A DNA stretch of 64,000 nt from Leucoraja ocellata (Eukaryota), in assembly GCA_036785375.1 (NCBI GenBank), contig JAWMAR010000015.1:2914001-2978000 (forward strand), given 5' to 3'. The number at the start of each line of letters is the position of its first letter. Within the stretch, counting starts at the first letter, position 1. This document shows positions 24,301-39,300 of this stretch, one piece after another. Made by a program: the position numbers and the translations under genes. The notes beneath the pieces are model-generated. The model made no database searches. It was not told the origin of the DNA and was given only the letters and a program-made list of their open reading frames with translations.

Positions 24301-27300
24301 ATTGGGCCGTAGGGGCTGTTTCCATGCTGTATGAATGTGTCAAAATATGGGCAATCATCTCAAAAAATTTAATTGGTCACTTCACCTCACATTTCCTTTA
24401 AACATTCCCCCTCTGACCTTAAAGCTATACCCTGATTTTTGACACTTCCACTCCAGACAAAATAGAACCAATGTGAACAAAGGGAAATGTAATGGTTTCA
24501 GTGTAGGAGCTGAATTGTGGACAGAAAATTGACAATGTTGCAGAACCTTGGTGATGAAGTGGATATTGTAGTCAGATTCATCCAGGCCTTCAAAACTGCC
24601 CATGGTTTGATTTATCCTCAGCAACCAAAGAGAGATATTGATTCAGTGTCTAGAAAATTCCGTTTATGGTGAGGAGGAAAATATACTATTCAACCTGTTG
24701 CTCCATAATCTCAGGCAGACAACTAAATTATCTAAACTTCTGTCAACATGAAACATACTTTATATTTCCTTATCAAATATGAAGCACAGATATCTAAAAA
24801 CTAATATTCTTGTGTTAGCCTGGTTTCAAACTAAATAAACAAGTTGCGTACACAGTATCTGCGATCTTGTTTTCTCATTTCCTTCTTGAAACGATCCCCA
24901 TAAACCTCCATGATCATGAATCTCAATTAAACGCAACTTTTACACTGGAGGCTTCAGCAAACACTGGTAAACAACTGAAGGAGACAGTCAGTTGCTGATC
25001 TTTTAAAGATTTTTATGTTACTTTTTGTTCAGTTGCTGTGGTTTTCTCAGAAAAGTGAAGTGCAAGTCCAGAGAAACTTTATGTCAAACATAACCATTGT
25101 GATGGCACCTCCTTCCCAGTGTGTCACTCCGATCTCCGTCACCGGCACAAGCCAGAAGTCAACGACAAACACCATGAACAGTGCCTGGCTGCTGGTAAAC
25201 ACTGGCACCCTGGATAGTGCTCTAGACTGAGCTGAGGTCACAGCTGTGGTGAATTAGCTGTTGGAAGGAACTGCAGATGTTGGTTTACACTGAAGATAGA
25301 CACAAATGCTCAAACTCAGCATCTCTGGAGCATCCAACATCTTGGATTTAATAATTCAATTAGCTGTTTTTGGATTGGCCTACCCGCATCACGCCTCCGT
25401 CCTCCTTAAAAACCAAGGCAATTCCAGACAGTGGGGAGGAATGTGATGGGAAGCAAGAGAGAACTGGAAAGCTAGAGAGCAAGGTCATCAGCATATCCAA
25501 ACTTCCTGGACAAGGTAGTTGGCATGTCACTCACATAAATGTTGAAGAGTAGGGGAGCTAGGACAGAGCCCTGGGGAAGACCATGATTCAGGGTCTTGAC
25601 AGAGCTGGTCTGGTTCCCAAGAGAGCCCTAAATCTACGGTTGCTGAGGATGGATGAGAGGGCACGCATGGTGGTTTGGCACTTCAAGATTCTGGAAGCTT
25701 TCAGCAACAGACCATGTCTCCACATGGTGTCATAAGCTGATGACAGATCGATGAGAGCAACACCAGTCTTCAGGGCACGTTGGAAGTCGGCCTCAATATT
25801 GGTGAGGGCAAGGCCTTGATCTGCGCACCTTCTACCAAGTCTAAAGCCAGCTTGCTCTCTGGGCAAAACAGGTTCTACCAATGGAGAAATCCTGCCAAGC
25901 AGGTGGCGCTCAAACAGCTTGTAAGATGTACACAAGAGGGAGATGGGTCGGTAACTAACTGGATCAGCAGTAGATTTCAGGCTTGAGGATGGCGAGTTTT
26001 TAGTTGTAAACTAGACTAAGTGGGACCTGTTGGGTCCCAGCCACCACGGGGGGTGTGTGGTAGTGGGTGGTGGGAGGGGAGGTGTGTATGTGGGCCGGAG
26101 GGGTTTGCGAGGGGGGGAGGGGGCGGGAGGAGTGATGTGGGGGGGGGGGGGGGGGGGGAGGGTGTGTGTGTGTGTGTGTGTGGGCGAGGGGTACGTGTGG
26201 GCGGGGGTGTTTTTGGGGTGAGGGGGGGTTGTGGGCAGGGGCTGTTGTGGAGGAGGGGTTTGTGTGCGGGGGAGGGGTGTGTGTGGGGTTGTGGGGAGAG
26301 GGGGTTGTGGGGAGGGGGGGGTTTAGCATTGTGGTGGGGGCGTGTGGGCGGGGAGGGAGTTTGTGGGGGGAGGGGGGTGTGTGGGAGAGGGGTGTGTGTC
26401 GGCAGGGGGAGGGTTGTGAGGGATGTGTGGGAGGGAGGGGCATGTGGGAGGGAGGGATGTTTGGGGGAGCGGTGTGGGAGGGGGGGGGCGTTGTGGGGTG
26501 GAGTGTTGTGTGGGCAGGGGGGGAGGAGTGTGGGGGCAGAGGGGGGGGGGGAGAGCTAAGAGAAAAGACGGGGGAAGAGATTTTTTGTAGTTCTGGGATA
26601 CCTGCAGAGGTCGACAAGGCAGGTTATACTTATACCATGTCACAGAGTGGGGAAATAGGCCCTTCGACCCAACTTGCCCACGCCGACCAACATGTCCCAT
26701 CCATAGTAGTCCCACCTGCCTGCATTTGGCCCACATCACTTTAAACCTATTCTATCCATGTGTATATCGTTTACATGCCAGTTAACTAGCATCTAGAAAG
26801 AAGTAAAGTATAAAGGGAGAGCATGAAACATGCTTAAAATTGGCTGCAGGGCCTATTTCAAATGCTATCTGGATTATAAAGTGCCCATTGATATAGCAAA
26901 TGAACTGTAACATGGAATGATTAATGCCTCAAAAAAAAAGTTCTGAGTTCTGACACCATGCATTCAATCTATAAAAGTTGAGAATGAATGATCTGACATA
27001 TATCAATGAATAAAAAGTAACTTGTGATAAATTACCCCCTATAAAACCGTGAGGAATGGAAACTACTGTTTACGCTTGCATAATGACTCAATTTAAAACA
27101 TAGCCTATACATACGGGACTAATAGTGGGAAAGAAAATGGAACAGAATTTATATTCTCATACTTCTTTCCTTCTCCAAGTACAGAAATAAAAATCTCTCC
27201 TGACCGGCTACAAATAACTAATTTACAGTGTGTGAAAGTGGATGATGAATTTGCAAGATCACCATATAAACAGTGTTTATGACCTATCTGTCATGCATTC

Positions 27301-30300
27301 CCAATTGTTAAATCTCTTTATACTACAGTATTAATCAGGCTTCGTATCGGGGCATTTTAAATCCGAACAATCAGAAGAATAACAAAATAATCCAAGAAAC
27401 AGCATAAAAATAGAAGTAACCTAGAGACATAGGTAACGGAGACAAGATGCGCTTTCGTCTATCCTTTCGAAAACATTTAACAATTTTCAGATGCTGTCAT
27501 GCTGAACAAAAACAAAATTATTTTTTATTTTGTTTTCAACTCAGATGGCACCAGGCTGGCTAATTAAATGAAAAGATAACTGCATTTTTGTTTAAGGGAA
27601 TTTGCATTCAAAAACACTGTATAAAAATACATCCAGTTACATTTTCAAATGTTCTGTGTATTACAATAACTCCATTCTCTGTACATCGACACAGCAGGAC
27701 AGGAGTAACTCAGCAGGACACGCAACATCTCTGGAGAGAAGGAACATCAGCAATGTACCTCAGTTGGCATAGAAACACCTGCATGAAGTTACGGCTGATA
27801 CAACAAACATAGTTAGAATTCCCTTTGTATGGTTGTCGAGGAAAATTATTTTCTCGCAGAATAGTAAGGGCCGGGAGTTCACTTCTCAAAAAGGTGGCAG
27901 ATGCAAAAAAATCCTGAAAAGGTTACAGAATAAATGTATGTGTAGTTGAATAACTATGAACTGCAGGGGTACAAATCCAGTATTAGATTGCATCTGGCTC
28001 CTCTTTTTCAACTGGCACAAGCATATTGGACCAAAATATTGGACTGGTGTTATAAACTTCCTATTATTCAATGAATGAGGCGAAAAGCAGGTCAAACAGA
28101 ATTTGCAGTAGCACGAGGGAAGAAAGTAAGCAACTTTGAGGAAAAGGACATCACAGTAACCTAGCTGGAAGGGATGCTGCCTCATGGTGACTGAAACCAG
28201 GGTTTGATCCTGAACACGGTTCCTGTCTGTTTGGAGTTTGCAAGTGTGTTTCCTCCGGGTGCTCCGGTTTCCTCCCGCATCCAAAGAGGTGGGCGTTTGC
28301 AGGTTAATAAGCCACTGTATAATTTCACCGAATGTGTAGGAAGCGGATGAGAGTGGAATAACACAAAACTAGTATGAATGGGTGATCGATAGTCAGCATG
28401 GACTTGGTGGACCGGAGGTGTAGGAACCAAAAGGAACCAAAGGAGCGACCTCTTGTGTGATCACCTGAAACAGTGGGGCATCTCTAACCTAATCTCTTCA
28501 ACTCTAACCTAAACGTTTCTACCATACACGATTTGAAAATGAGGCAAATCCTATTTAGCTTAGTTTTAGTTTCAAGATACAGCGCAGAAATAGGCCCTTC
28601 AGCCGACCGAGTCCGCGCCGACTAGCGTTCCCTGTACACTAGCACTATTTTACACACTACGGACAATTTACAACTTTCACCAAAGCCAAATTAACCTACA
28701 AATCTGTACGTTTTTGGAGTGTGGGAGGAAATCGGAGCACCTGGAGAAAACCAATGCAGTCACGAGGAGAAAGTACAAACTCCGTACCCATAGTCAGGAT
28801 CGAACTCGGGTCGCTGGCGCTGTAAGGCAGCAACTCTATCGCTGTCTGTGTCACCCCGCAACATTCTTGCAACAAACAGATCTAACGGTCAGAGTCAGCA
28901 ATCTATTTGACCATGTATGGACCTTGAATGATCAGCCATGATCACATTGAATGGCGGTGCTGGCTCAAAGTGCCAAATGGCCTACTCCTGCACCTATTTT
29001 CTATTGCCTATGTAAGGTAATCTAGTAATGTCCATCAGTGATCTCTCACATTTATTTGTCAGGAATTAGCAAATAGTAAAGGGCAAGAAGCTCTCGCATT
29101 TATTTATGCATCATGGGGTGACAAGGAGCCCATTGTGATTTTCAAAATCGAGGAATACTTTGGAAGATGCGGTGCAAATAGATAACATTTAACATTTAAA
29201 ACAGAAACCAGTCACGTAGCTCAGTCAATATGCTTCTAACGTGCAGCATAACCCGCCCTCTCAATCAAAACCCTCTTTAGCCTCTTCTCGAATACATTAT
29301 CTAATATTTTCTTAATTGAATTACAGCAAAACGATGATACTGCAGACTCCTAATTAGCTCAGTTTTGATTGATCCCATGGCACTCTATATGAGAAACAGG
29401 GACTCATTCCACCAAATATTTGTGCTTAAACTAAATACCATTAAATGTGTCACCTCTGCTAATAGTAAGATCCTGCAGTGAGTACATTAATGCCTGCATC
29501 CCTACATGGCACCAATTATTGAATATCAAAAGCAACTCATTTGCTGTAAACTGCCTGGGAACCTGTTGATCAATGTACATTTGTCATGAAAAAAATTACG
29601 AATCATGTTTAATGGATATTGTATATTTCAGAGTAGAAATGTTAGGGTTTTATTTTTGGTTCAGTTCAAGGGATTTTTTGGTTTTATTATGGTCTAACAA
29701 GATCAGGTGTCATTAGTTATTCAAAGATCTTCCTTTCAAGGATTGCAGCAACTTTCAGTATAAAGCACAATGAGCCAATAATCCGGAATAATAACAATTA
29801 CAGACTGTCAGGATTAAGTATTCCTTCAGGAAAACCTTAAAATAATCATAAACATCTTGATCTTCATTTCCATCGGGACTTTCAACTAGCTCACAACATA
29901 CCTATGCTTTCCACAACAAAAGTCAAATTGGTCAACCATCTATTTGTGCATTTTGACAACCGCATATGCTATTGTTAAAGTAAAATGAATGAAAACATAA
30001 ATTCTGCACAAATGACATTTATTGCTGGCACGGAGTTTCACTGGAGAAGAAGAAAATGGAATAACCTCAGGGTTTCTTTCCTCCAATTTCAAAATAAATA
30101 AATTGGCTAAAACTGAAAAATTCAAGACTTTGGTACATAGTTGCTAGCCTTACCTGATGAAGGTCGTTGCCAATAGCATATTCCTGAAAATAGCCGGGTG
30201 CAGCTGAAGATGCTCGGATGGCTTGCCAGAGTTTAAATTTACACCCACCCATATAATGCGATCTTATACCAGGTAGGTGATTGTAGTTTCTGAAGATGAA

Positions 30301-33300
30301 TGCTTTCAGTGGTGTCCCCTTGTTCACTACAGTACTCACAACTGCTACCTGCGAAGTAGAGTTTCATTAATGAATAAAAGTTAAAAGCATTCAGCTGTTT
30401 CTATAATTCAGCCACATATCGTTGTCCACAATGAAATAATCAACAGATGAAGTTCATATACCTGTACAAAGAATTGAAGAGGAATTCATTACCACAGACA
30501 GCTATGGAGGCCAATGGATATTTTTAAGGCGGAGATTGACAGAATGATGATTAGTATGGATGTCAAGGGTTATGGGTAGAAAGCAGGAGAATGTGGTTGA
30601 GTGGGAAAGATAGATCAGCCATGATTGAATGGTGGAGTAGACTTGATGGGCTGAATGGCCTAAACCTTCTCCTATAACATATGAATGAATTGCAGGTGCT
30701 GCTTAACAAAACAAAGGAGACAAAGCGCTGGAGTAGGTTAGCGGGTCAGGCAACGTCTCTGGAGTACATGGATAGGGTCTAAAGAAGGATCCAGATCTGA
30801 AACATCACCTATCCACGTTCTCCAAAGATACTGCATAACCTGCCAAAATTACTCTAGCACTTTGTTGGTTTGTTGTAGGAATCTGCACATTAGGTTGGTT
30901 TTGTTTTAAATAGGCATTGCATTATATATTTTTAGGGTTAGCCCAACTTCAAGGTTAATATCAGTAAACTCTTGGAAATAAATACTGAAAATAGAACTAA
31001 CAATAACATGAGAAAATAGGAGATGGCAAGTCATCCAGAAATACTGAGGCAGATCTTTCACTATCTGTCAGCTGCCTGCAGTCTCCCAGTGAGGGACCCG
31101 TCTCCAGTTCAGACCAGGCAGGATCTCACCCAATGGCTGGCTGCACTGAGAGAACAGCTTTGTCAGCCGGCGAGGCCTCATCCACAGGCTCGCCAGCTCC
31201 CTTTAATTGCTTCAGACTAGCTAAATTCGTTTTTTGTTTAAACTTAAAGGACTGAGCACACCGTCACACTTAAAAATATGTAACCCAACTCAATTAAATC
31301 AAATAACAAGCCTGCTGTACAGATGAACAAGCTTGGTTTGGGCAGCACAGTGGCACAATGGAAGAGGTGCTGCCTTACAGCATCAGAGACCCAGGTTTGA
31401 TCCTGACCACAGGTACTGTCTGTATAGAGTTTGTACTTTCTCCCCTTGACCGCATGAGCTCTGGTTTCCTCCCATATTCCAAAAACATGGAGAGTTATAG
31501 GTTACACAAAAAAGCTGGAGAAACTCAGCGGGTGCAGCAGCATCTATGGAGCGAAGGAAATAGGCAACGTTTCGGGCCGAAACCCTTCTTCAGTTGTAGG
31601 TTGTAGGTTAATTGGCTACTGTAAATGGTCCCTAGTGTGTAAGATAGTGTTGGTGTACGGGGTGATCGTTGGTTAGCATAGATTCAGTGGGCCAAAGGGC
31701 CTGTTTCCACACTGTATCCCTAAACTAAAACTAAAAGTTTGCTCTTTTCCACTTCTGATAGTGGCTTTGGCCTGAAATGCTAACTCTTCTAACGTTTCTT
31801 TTCCTCACAGATTTGGCCTGACCTTCAGAGTACTTCCAGCATTTGCTGATCCTAATTTTAGATTTACAGCATTTGCAGATTTTTGTTTTGATTTTCAAGC
31901 TCTTATCTTTCGTCCATTAGCAGATTCATCCTCTTTGAGTACAATGGGTTTACAGTACAGTACTTAAATAGGATTAGCCTGTTCAGGATCTGTGGATAGT
32001 TTTACCAACCTGAGAATGAGGAAATCAGTGGAAGTTTCCTCTGCTCTATTGGACTAAAATACATCTGTAAAGCATAGTACAGGTATCAGCAGTTGGCACT
32101 CTGAGTGAATGGCTGTGTGACAGAACACTGTTCTGAAATGCCCAGTTGTGTGGATCATGGTGGAAGTCAAATTCATGGGTGGTCCTTGGTTTGAATATAT
32201 AGTAAGTGATTTTACTACACAAGCCACTACACACTATAAGCCACAAGCAGTAAACATTTAACTTATTTCTTGTTGAAAACTCTTGAGATCAAACTTCTAT
32301 CAATTCTGAGATTGCCATTATTGGCAATTTACTACAAATGGAGCAGAAAGTGCCCGACAGGACTGGTGGGTAAGTCAGTTGGGAAGTGATACATTCCCTG
32401 CACCATCCTTGATTAATTACTGTTGCAGAACACCAGGAATTCCCTTGAACTAAGCTCTGACAGCAACCGAGCTAGATAATGGGAGGTTCTCACAGGAGAG
32501 TATGCTCGATTTTCCTGGGCAGCGTTCAGAATTAGCAGCAAAATTCCAGACAATGGCTTGAGGGAATATAGATAGCCTGGTGAAAACAGTAACACTGGCA
32601 TCCCTCAAATTCAAGGTCAAAACATATTAAAGATATACACGAAATAGATTATTAATAAACCTCTTTCATTCAGCACATTTTACAATAAGGAATTGATCAT
32701 TATTTTGTTTTACTCTATTCAAAATATATCTGATAGTTTTATTTGAAGCAGCATGCCACGTTATATCTCCTGCACACAATCTGCATCACATGTGAAAACG
32801 TGTCATATTTTATCCATACAATTTTCTGCTTTGGAGAATCTTGTAGAATCTGCAGTTGGATTTGTGAACACAACTCTGTATTGATGCAAGGATACCAAAC
32901 ATATTATTTCCCTCTAAATGGAAAATCAATTTGGCCTTTACTTTGTTCAGCATAAAGATTAGCACAGCAATTGTTCTAATTATTAACTGATAAGGCTCTC
33001 CAGAAAGCTTATGATACTAAATTATTTTATTTTAAACCTTTCTGCACTACTCAGTGGCCCATAACTAATATAAGCACTTTGGCTTCAATGCATTAGTTTT
33101 CTCTCTGTAGTTCACTGAAACTAATTATACGGTCTCCCTGCACGGAACAAGTCAAATTATCAAGTACCAAGAGCCCCAGCTATTTTCTGTATCTGTACAG
33201 TCCAGTTAGACTTTTACTAAGCTAATGTACCGCCTTAGTCTTGGGAAAATAATTCCTTATAATTCAATCAATTGGTGTTAAGCAATTATCGAAAGGTGCC

Positions 33301-36300
33301 AGAAGCAATGATACTAACCATACACAGTTGTCTTTCAGTTTAAACATTTGAGTCAAGAGAGTCAAGAGTGTTTGTCATGTGTACTACTTATTAATATCAA
33401 AATAATTGCTTCATGAAAACAAATTTATTTTAGAAGATCCTGACATAACTCATATTCATGATTCAATAAAACTAATTTACATGGGGAGCATAGCGTCAGA
33501 GAATCTGATCATGGGCTATGTTTAAAAGGGCACAAAGTGCTGGAGTAACTCAGCAGAGGAGACAGGAACCCTGGAGAACATGGACAGATGACGTTTTGGG
33601 TCAAGACCCTTCTTCAATTCCCTCAGACACTTCAACCTCACCCCTTCTGAGCCCTCTGCTCATTTAGCAGCAATAACCTTTTGTGCAGCATCTGCAGTTC
33701 TTTGTTTCTACATGGGATATGCTTCTTACTTTTAGGGAGACATACCTGTAAACTGTTCCTTGTGTCGACTTGCTTCAGATTGTATTGAGTAATATTGAGC
33801 AGAAGGTAAAGAATCAATCATTACACGCGTCTGTCCTAATTTTACAATTTATTGTGAACACATGGATTTCCTTCAGACCTGATGTCCCACCAAATGATGT
33901 CTCAGTTTCATTGGAAAATACAACTCAAGGGATATAATACCAGACAAAATATCCCAGAGGGAAAATAGACTGTCAAAAAGTCAGTCCACGTAGTAAAAAT
34001 GGCATGCAATTTGGTGGGGACGTTTACAGCCCAACAGGAAAATAACACTTTGATCAAGGCAAAATGTAAGCAACATCTTTATTTATAAAAGTCAGATGCA
34101 TAAAGATTAAATTTCAATGTTCATACACAAAGCAAGCTTGATGAGATCAAAGCTGAAACACTAATCTTCAAATTCTAATCCTCAAATCTCTTTCAACTTT
34201 CTGCAAATTCAGCCACCATTTCATGGATTATTCAACAGACTATCCTGTAATTGTCTTAATTTTTTTTGTTGCATCAATTAGAATTTTTATCTGAAGATCT
34301 TCAGCAGCAAAAAAAATAAACACACTAAACTACATAGTTTGTTTAGGAGTATGTACTTTTGATATAAATCACAGCTCAATTTCATATGGCCAACGATTTG
34401 AGAATCTGTATACCTACCATGTTATCTCACTACATTCATTTACTTACAGTATCTGGGTTGCAAGGAAGTTTAAATTATTACAGCCATGTTTCTAACAATA
34501 TTTCTGCTACAAGATTAATCACGTTCTTAAGTAAAATGCGATGTGTACGAGAATTTAGTAAAATCAATATTGCTGAGATCATAAGAACAATAAATCAAGA
34601 GCAGGAAGAGGCAACTTGGCCTCTGTAGCCTGGACTGTCATTTGACATGGTCACAGCTGATCTGCCCAGCCATCTTTTCCTCTTCTTTGCCATTTCCCCA
34701 CAGCTCTCAATTCTACGATCATTCAAAGATGTATCTGTGTTTTCTTTTGATTCAGATTCAGATTCAGATTCAATTTTAATTGTCAGTGTACAGTACAGAG
34801 ACAACGAAATGCATTTAGCATCTCCCTGGAAGAGCGACATAGCAAACGATTTGAATAAATAATAATAAGTGTCCGGGGGGGTGGTGATTGGCAGTCACCG
34901 AGGTACGTTGTTGAGTAGAGTGACAGCCGCCGGAAAGAAGCTGTTCCTCGACCTGCTGGTTCGGCAACGGAGAGACCTGTAGCGCCTCCCGGATGGTAGG
35001 AGGGTAAACAGTCCATGGTTGGGGTGAGAGCAGTCCTCGGCGATGCTGAGCGCCCTCCGCAGACAACGCTTGCTTTGGACAGACTCAATGGAGGGGAGCG
35101 AGGAACCGGTGATGCGTTGGGCAATGCGTTGATACCCCCGTGACCTCCTGTAGACAATTCCACAGATTCACCACCATTTGTAAGACTTCAAAAAGAGGGT
35201 TATAATTTAAGTGTGACGTGATTCAAGGCTAAATGGCTACATGTATCTTTTTCCATGATTGCAAGATTATGCAAATGTATGATGCAGCAATTTGTCAGCA
35301 AACCAAGCACTTACGATTTAAAATACAGACCTACTCACCTTGGGGCTTTTAGGATTTCTTGCAGTTTGAATTAAAAAATCTTCACCCATTCTTTCCCTAT
35401 AATTGAGAACATTATTAGTCACAGCAAGAAACACCTGAACAGCAATATAAACGTCAATTTCAAAAAAACTCGACAACCTGTGTCACTGACATTCAGGAAT
35501 AAATGTTGCGTGCTGAGCTGAGTGACAGTGGAGGATTATTCAAAGAAAATCATAGGATATCCAAACTTACTTCAGTATTTTTTCCCAGGGTTCACTCTCA
35601 TAAAAGGCATGGCTCCAGCCCATTTTCATAGTTCCCATTATTACGTTCTGTTTAAATACATCTGTACCTAATTTTCGGTACATTTCCTCACACTCGTCCA
35701 ATGGAATCTGGAAAAACCCCAACATAAATGCTAGTATGGCACCTGCAAATGAAAATCACAATCAGCTTAACTAAGCCACTTGTATCCAATAGCACAATCT
35801 CAGATTTTGACCGAATAGAAGTTAAATCTGGAAAACAAATTGACCCGTGCAAGGTAAGTCATCACCATCATCATCGTTGAAAACAGGTAATGGTGCCTCA
35901 CAATGCTATGTACCACAGTGATCGCAGCTTCTATTGAAGTGTGGATAGCCGTTGGCTCGCTAGGAGCTCATCCACTCTGACAGATCTTGTTTTGGGTCCT
36001 GCTGGGTGTCCACAGCCCCCTCCTCACCTCACATACCAGATGGGGGAGACAGTTTAGTTGCCGATTATCCGACCATGGAGCAGGTAGCACGGGATTACAT
36101 GGTACCCGTGGTGGGGGGAACTCCCCCTCGAGCTGAACTGTAAGTGTGTATATATGTATATATGCATAATACACATATAGATGCATAATATACTCGTGTG
36201 CGTACGTGCGATCGTGTGCGCATCTACTGCCTTCTGTGGCAGAGAATTTCACAGATTAGGACTGAGGTGAAAAAGTGTTTCCTCATCTCAGTCCTAAGTC

Positions 36301-39300
36301 CCTTATTCTTAAACTGTGAGGACTCCCCCAACATCGGGAACATTTTTTCAGCATCTACCCTGTCTAATCCTCTAAGAATTTTATATGTTTCTATAAGATC
36401 CTCTCACATCCTTCTAAATTGCAGCGAATACAAGCCCAGTCGACCCATTCTTTCATCATACGTCAGTCCCACCAGAATTAACCTGGTGAACTTATGCAGC
36501 ACTCCCTCAATAGCAATAATGTCCTTCCTTAAATTAGGAGACCAAAATTGCACACCATACTCCAGGTGCAGTCTCACCAGGGCCGTGTACAAATGCAGTT
36601 GGACCTCCTTGCCCCTAAACTCAAATCCTAACGCAATGAAGGCCAATATGCCATTGGCTTTCTTCACTGTCTGCTGCATCTGCATGCTTACTTTCAGTGA
36701 CAGAAAACAGACTGGAAATTCCTTGCATTCAAACATATTCTTGCATTTGGTACTAACAGGCATTGTGGTCATATGGCTTACTGCTTGGCCAATCAATAAC
36801 ATTATTCTCCTCCGCATACTGTGGACACTGGGCTAGAGATTCAACTGGAAAGGAGGCAAATAAATCAGAGCAAAGGTAGGTATTTGGCTATCTGTGATGG
36901 CCGGGGGAGGTAGGGGGTAAGGGGAGTGTGTGAGATCCACAACCACTGCTTCCGGAGAGTAGGCTAGGGCTGAATCCTGTGGGGACCGCTCGGTCATAAG
37001 ATATTACTCTTTAATTAAATTCAAGATTTTGCATATACACCATTCATCTGTGAAGGTGCGAGTCTCAGAAACATGGTGTGAAGCATTAACTGTGGTTTTT
37101 GTATCAAGTGACATTATTAAGCCAAAGATTTTTTTTAAATTGGAAACTTGTTAATGGATATGGAACAATGACTGGCAAATAGAGCGGAGGTAGTTGAACA
37201 TGAAGAGGCAGCTGAGGAATCATTTTAGACATAATAATTGGGAAGAACAATGATACAATTGAATAGAAAAAAAAGAGTAATTTTTCACACAGAAGAGACA
37301 GGAAACATTTTCTGTTAGTGGTGATGTAATAACTGATGAAACTAAAAGAAACTCAAGAGTCTGTGGAGAAAGCTCAGCATATTTAACATCAATGATCCAT
37401 AATGCACAATGGAATACATAGAAAAAAATAATAGGATTCAGCATGGATTTACAAAAGTGTTTCATTAATCTTTCATATTGTGATTCACTGAATAGAATGG
37501 AGAAATCAGTGGATGTGATGTTTTTAGATTTTCAGAAGGATTTTAATAAGGTCACTTACAAGAAGTTTGTCCATAGGTTAGAACAAATAGAAAACAACAC
37601 ACAGAATGAATAGAGAGTTGCTTATCTGATAGATAAACCTTGCCTGAACAAGGAACAGGAAAGATGTTGGTATCTGCCCTACCATGCCAGGCCCTACTGC
37701 TTAAGGCTCTCTTATCTCCATCAACCCCCCAGCCTAACACATCAGAAAGTCAGTCAAAATTCTTGTACATCGCAAGAGTAGCTCGTCACACCTCTTCAGT
37801 CTCAACTCTCAACCTACTGCAGCCAAAAAGTGTCCATCTCTTATGACTGATTTGAACTTGGCCATAATTCGGACCTGCAAAGACTCTTTAGTTCTCGACC
37901 AAGCAGAACCACATCCAAGGAGAATAATCAGGAGATCAAGAGGCTAATTCAATGCAAACAGCGGACATTTATGGATTGGACAATCCACCATTCCTCCAAA
38001 TCTGCTCCATAGGCACATGAATGCAGACGTCCAGCGGAAACTAACAATCTGCAGAACGCACAGTGAAGAGAGTGCAAGGGACTATGCAGCCCACTGACAA
38101 TCATGTGCAGGTACTTCTGCACTGTAAAAAATATCTATGGCCCAAAGATCAAAGGCCGTATTCCAAGGGTCACAGAACTGTGGTACTCAGAGCGATAGAG
38201 AGACATTGCTGGAAGGAAAGTTTCAAAATATCCTCCTTCACTAACAGGCAACGTTTCGGGCCAAAACCTTTCTTCAGGCTGATGTGAGGGTGGGGGGCGG
38301 GAAGAAGAAAAGAAGAGGAGCCAGAGGGCTAGAGGGAGAGCTGAGAAGGGGAGGAGACAGTAAGGACTACCTGAAATTAGTGAAGTCAATGTTCATACCG
38401 CTGGGGTATGGAAAGATCAGAATAAAAGAAAATACATGGATTTATCAACTGTGTGCTTTTTTTCTGGGCAGATGAAGTAAATTGGGCAGATTATCCCTGT
38501 CTGCAATTATCCTGTGAGTAAAGAATGGGAAATATGGTTCTAATACACTGTAACAAAAACTGAGGGAAGCATTGACCCAGTAATTATAGATCAACTTGCA
38601 TAATACAGTGGGTTTACAACCACGGGACATGCAAAGTGCTCCAAATTAATAAAATGCTTTTACTTCGAAGAGAATGTGGCAACCAATTTGTATCCAAAGT
38701 CCCTCAAACAGCAAAATGCAAATGAAAGAAAATACTTTTAGCTCATGTTAGTTGAGGAATAATCATCGGCATAACAACAGGACAGATATTCTAATGATCT
38801 GTGAGCTACCGAGCTCACCGTTTACACACCATTCTACCAGTAGCCAACCTCCAAGCCCCTGGTGCAAAAGGTAAGCAGTGTTATTAACTGGAATACAGAG
38901 GAATTAATAACATGAGAAACCTGAGGGAAACGACTGGAGTTTTTTTTTTTACAGCTTTCCTGTTAAGAATAAACCACTTCAATTGAAAATGTACTAAAAC
39001 CCTTTGGCCTCACAAGCATTGGATCAAAACCAACTGTCCACATAGGATCAGAGAATGCTTATGACAAGAGGAGACTACTGAGCCCATTCCAGAACAAGGT
39101 CTACACTCCTACAGATAACATCTCTTTAAATATACATCCAACTTCAGTGTTAGTGTAATGAGGGTTTCTGCCTCGATCACCCATCAGGCAGTTAATTCCA
39201 GACCACCACCATCCTATGGATGAAAACATCTTTCCTCATCCCCTCCCTCCCCCCCATGAATCCTTCTACCAATTACTTTAATTCTATGCCTTCTGGATTT

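Noticed and set aside
26000-26744. Long Pro-rich and Gly-rich ORFs (138-205 aa) in several frames
   Set aside because: Produced by a low-complexity G/C tract that lacks stop codons; no domain or splice support.
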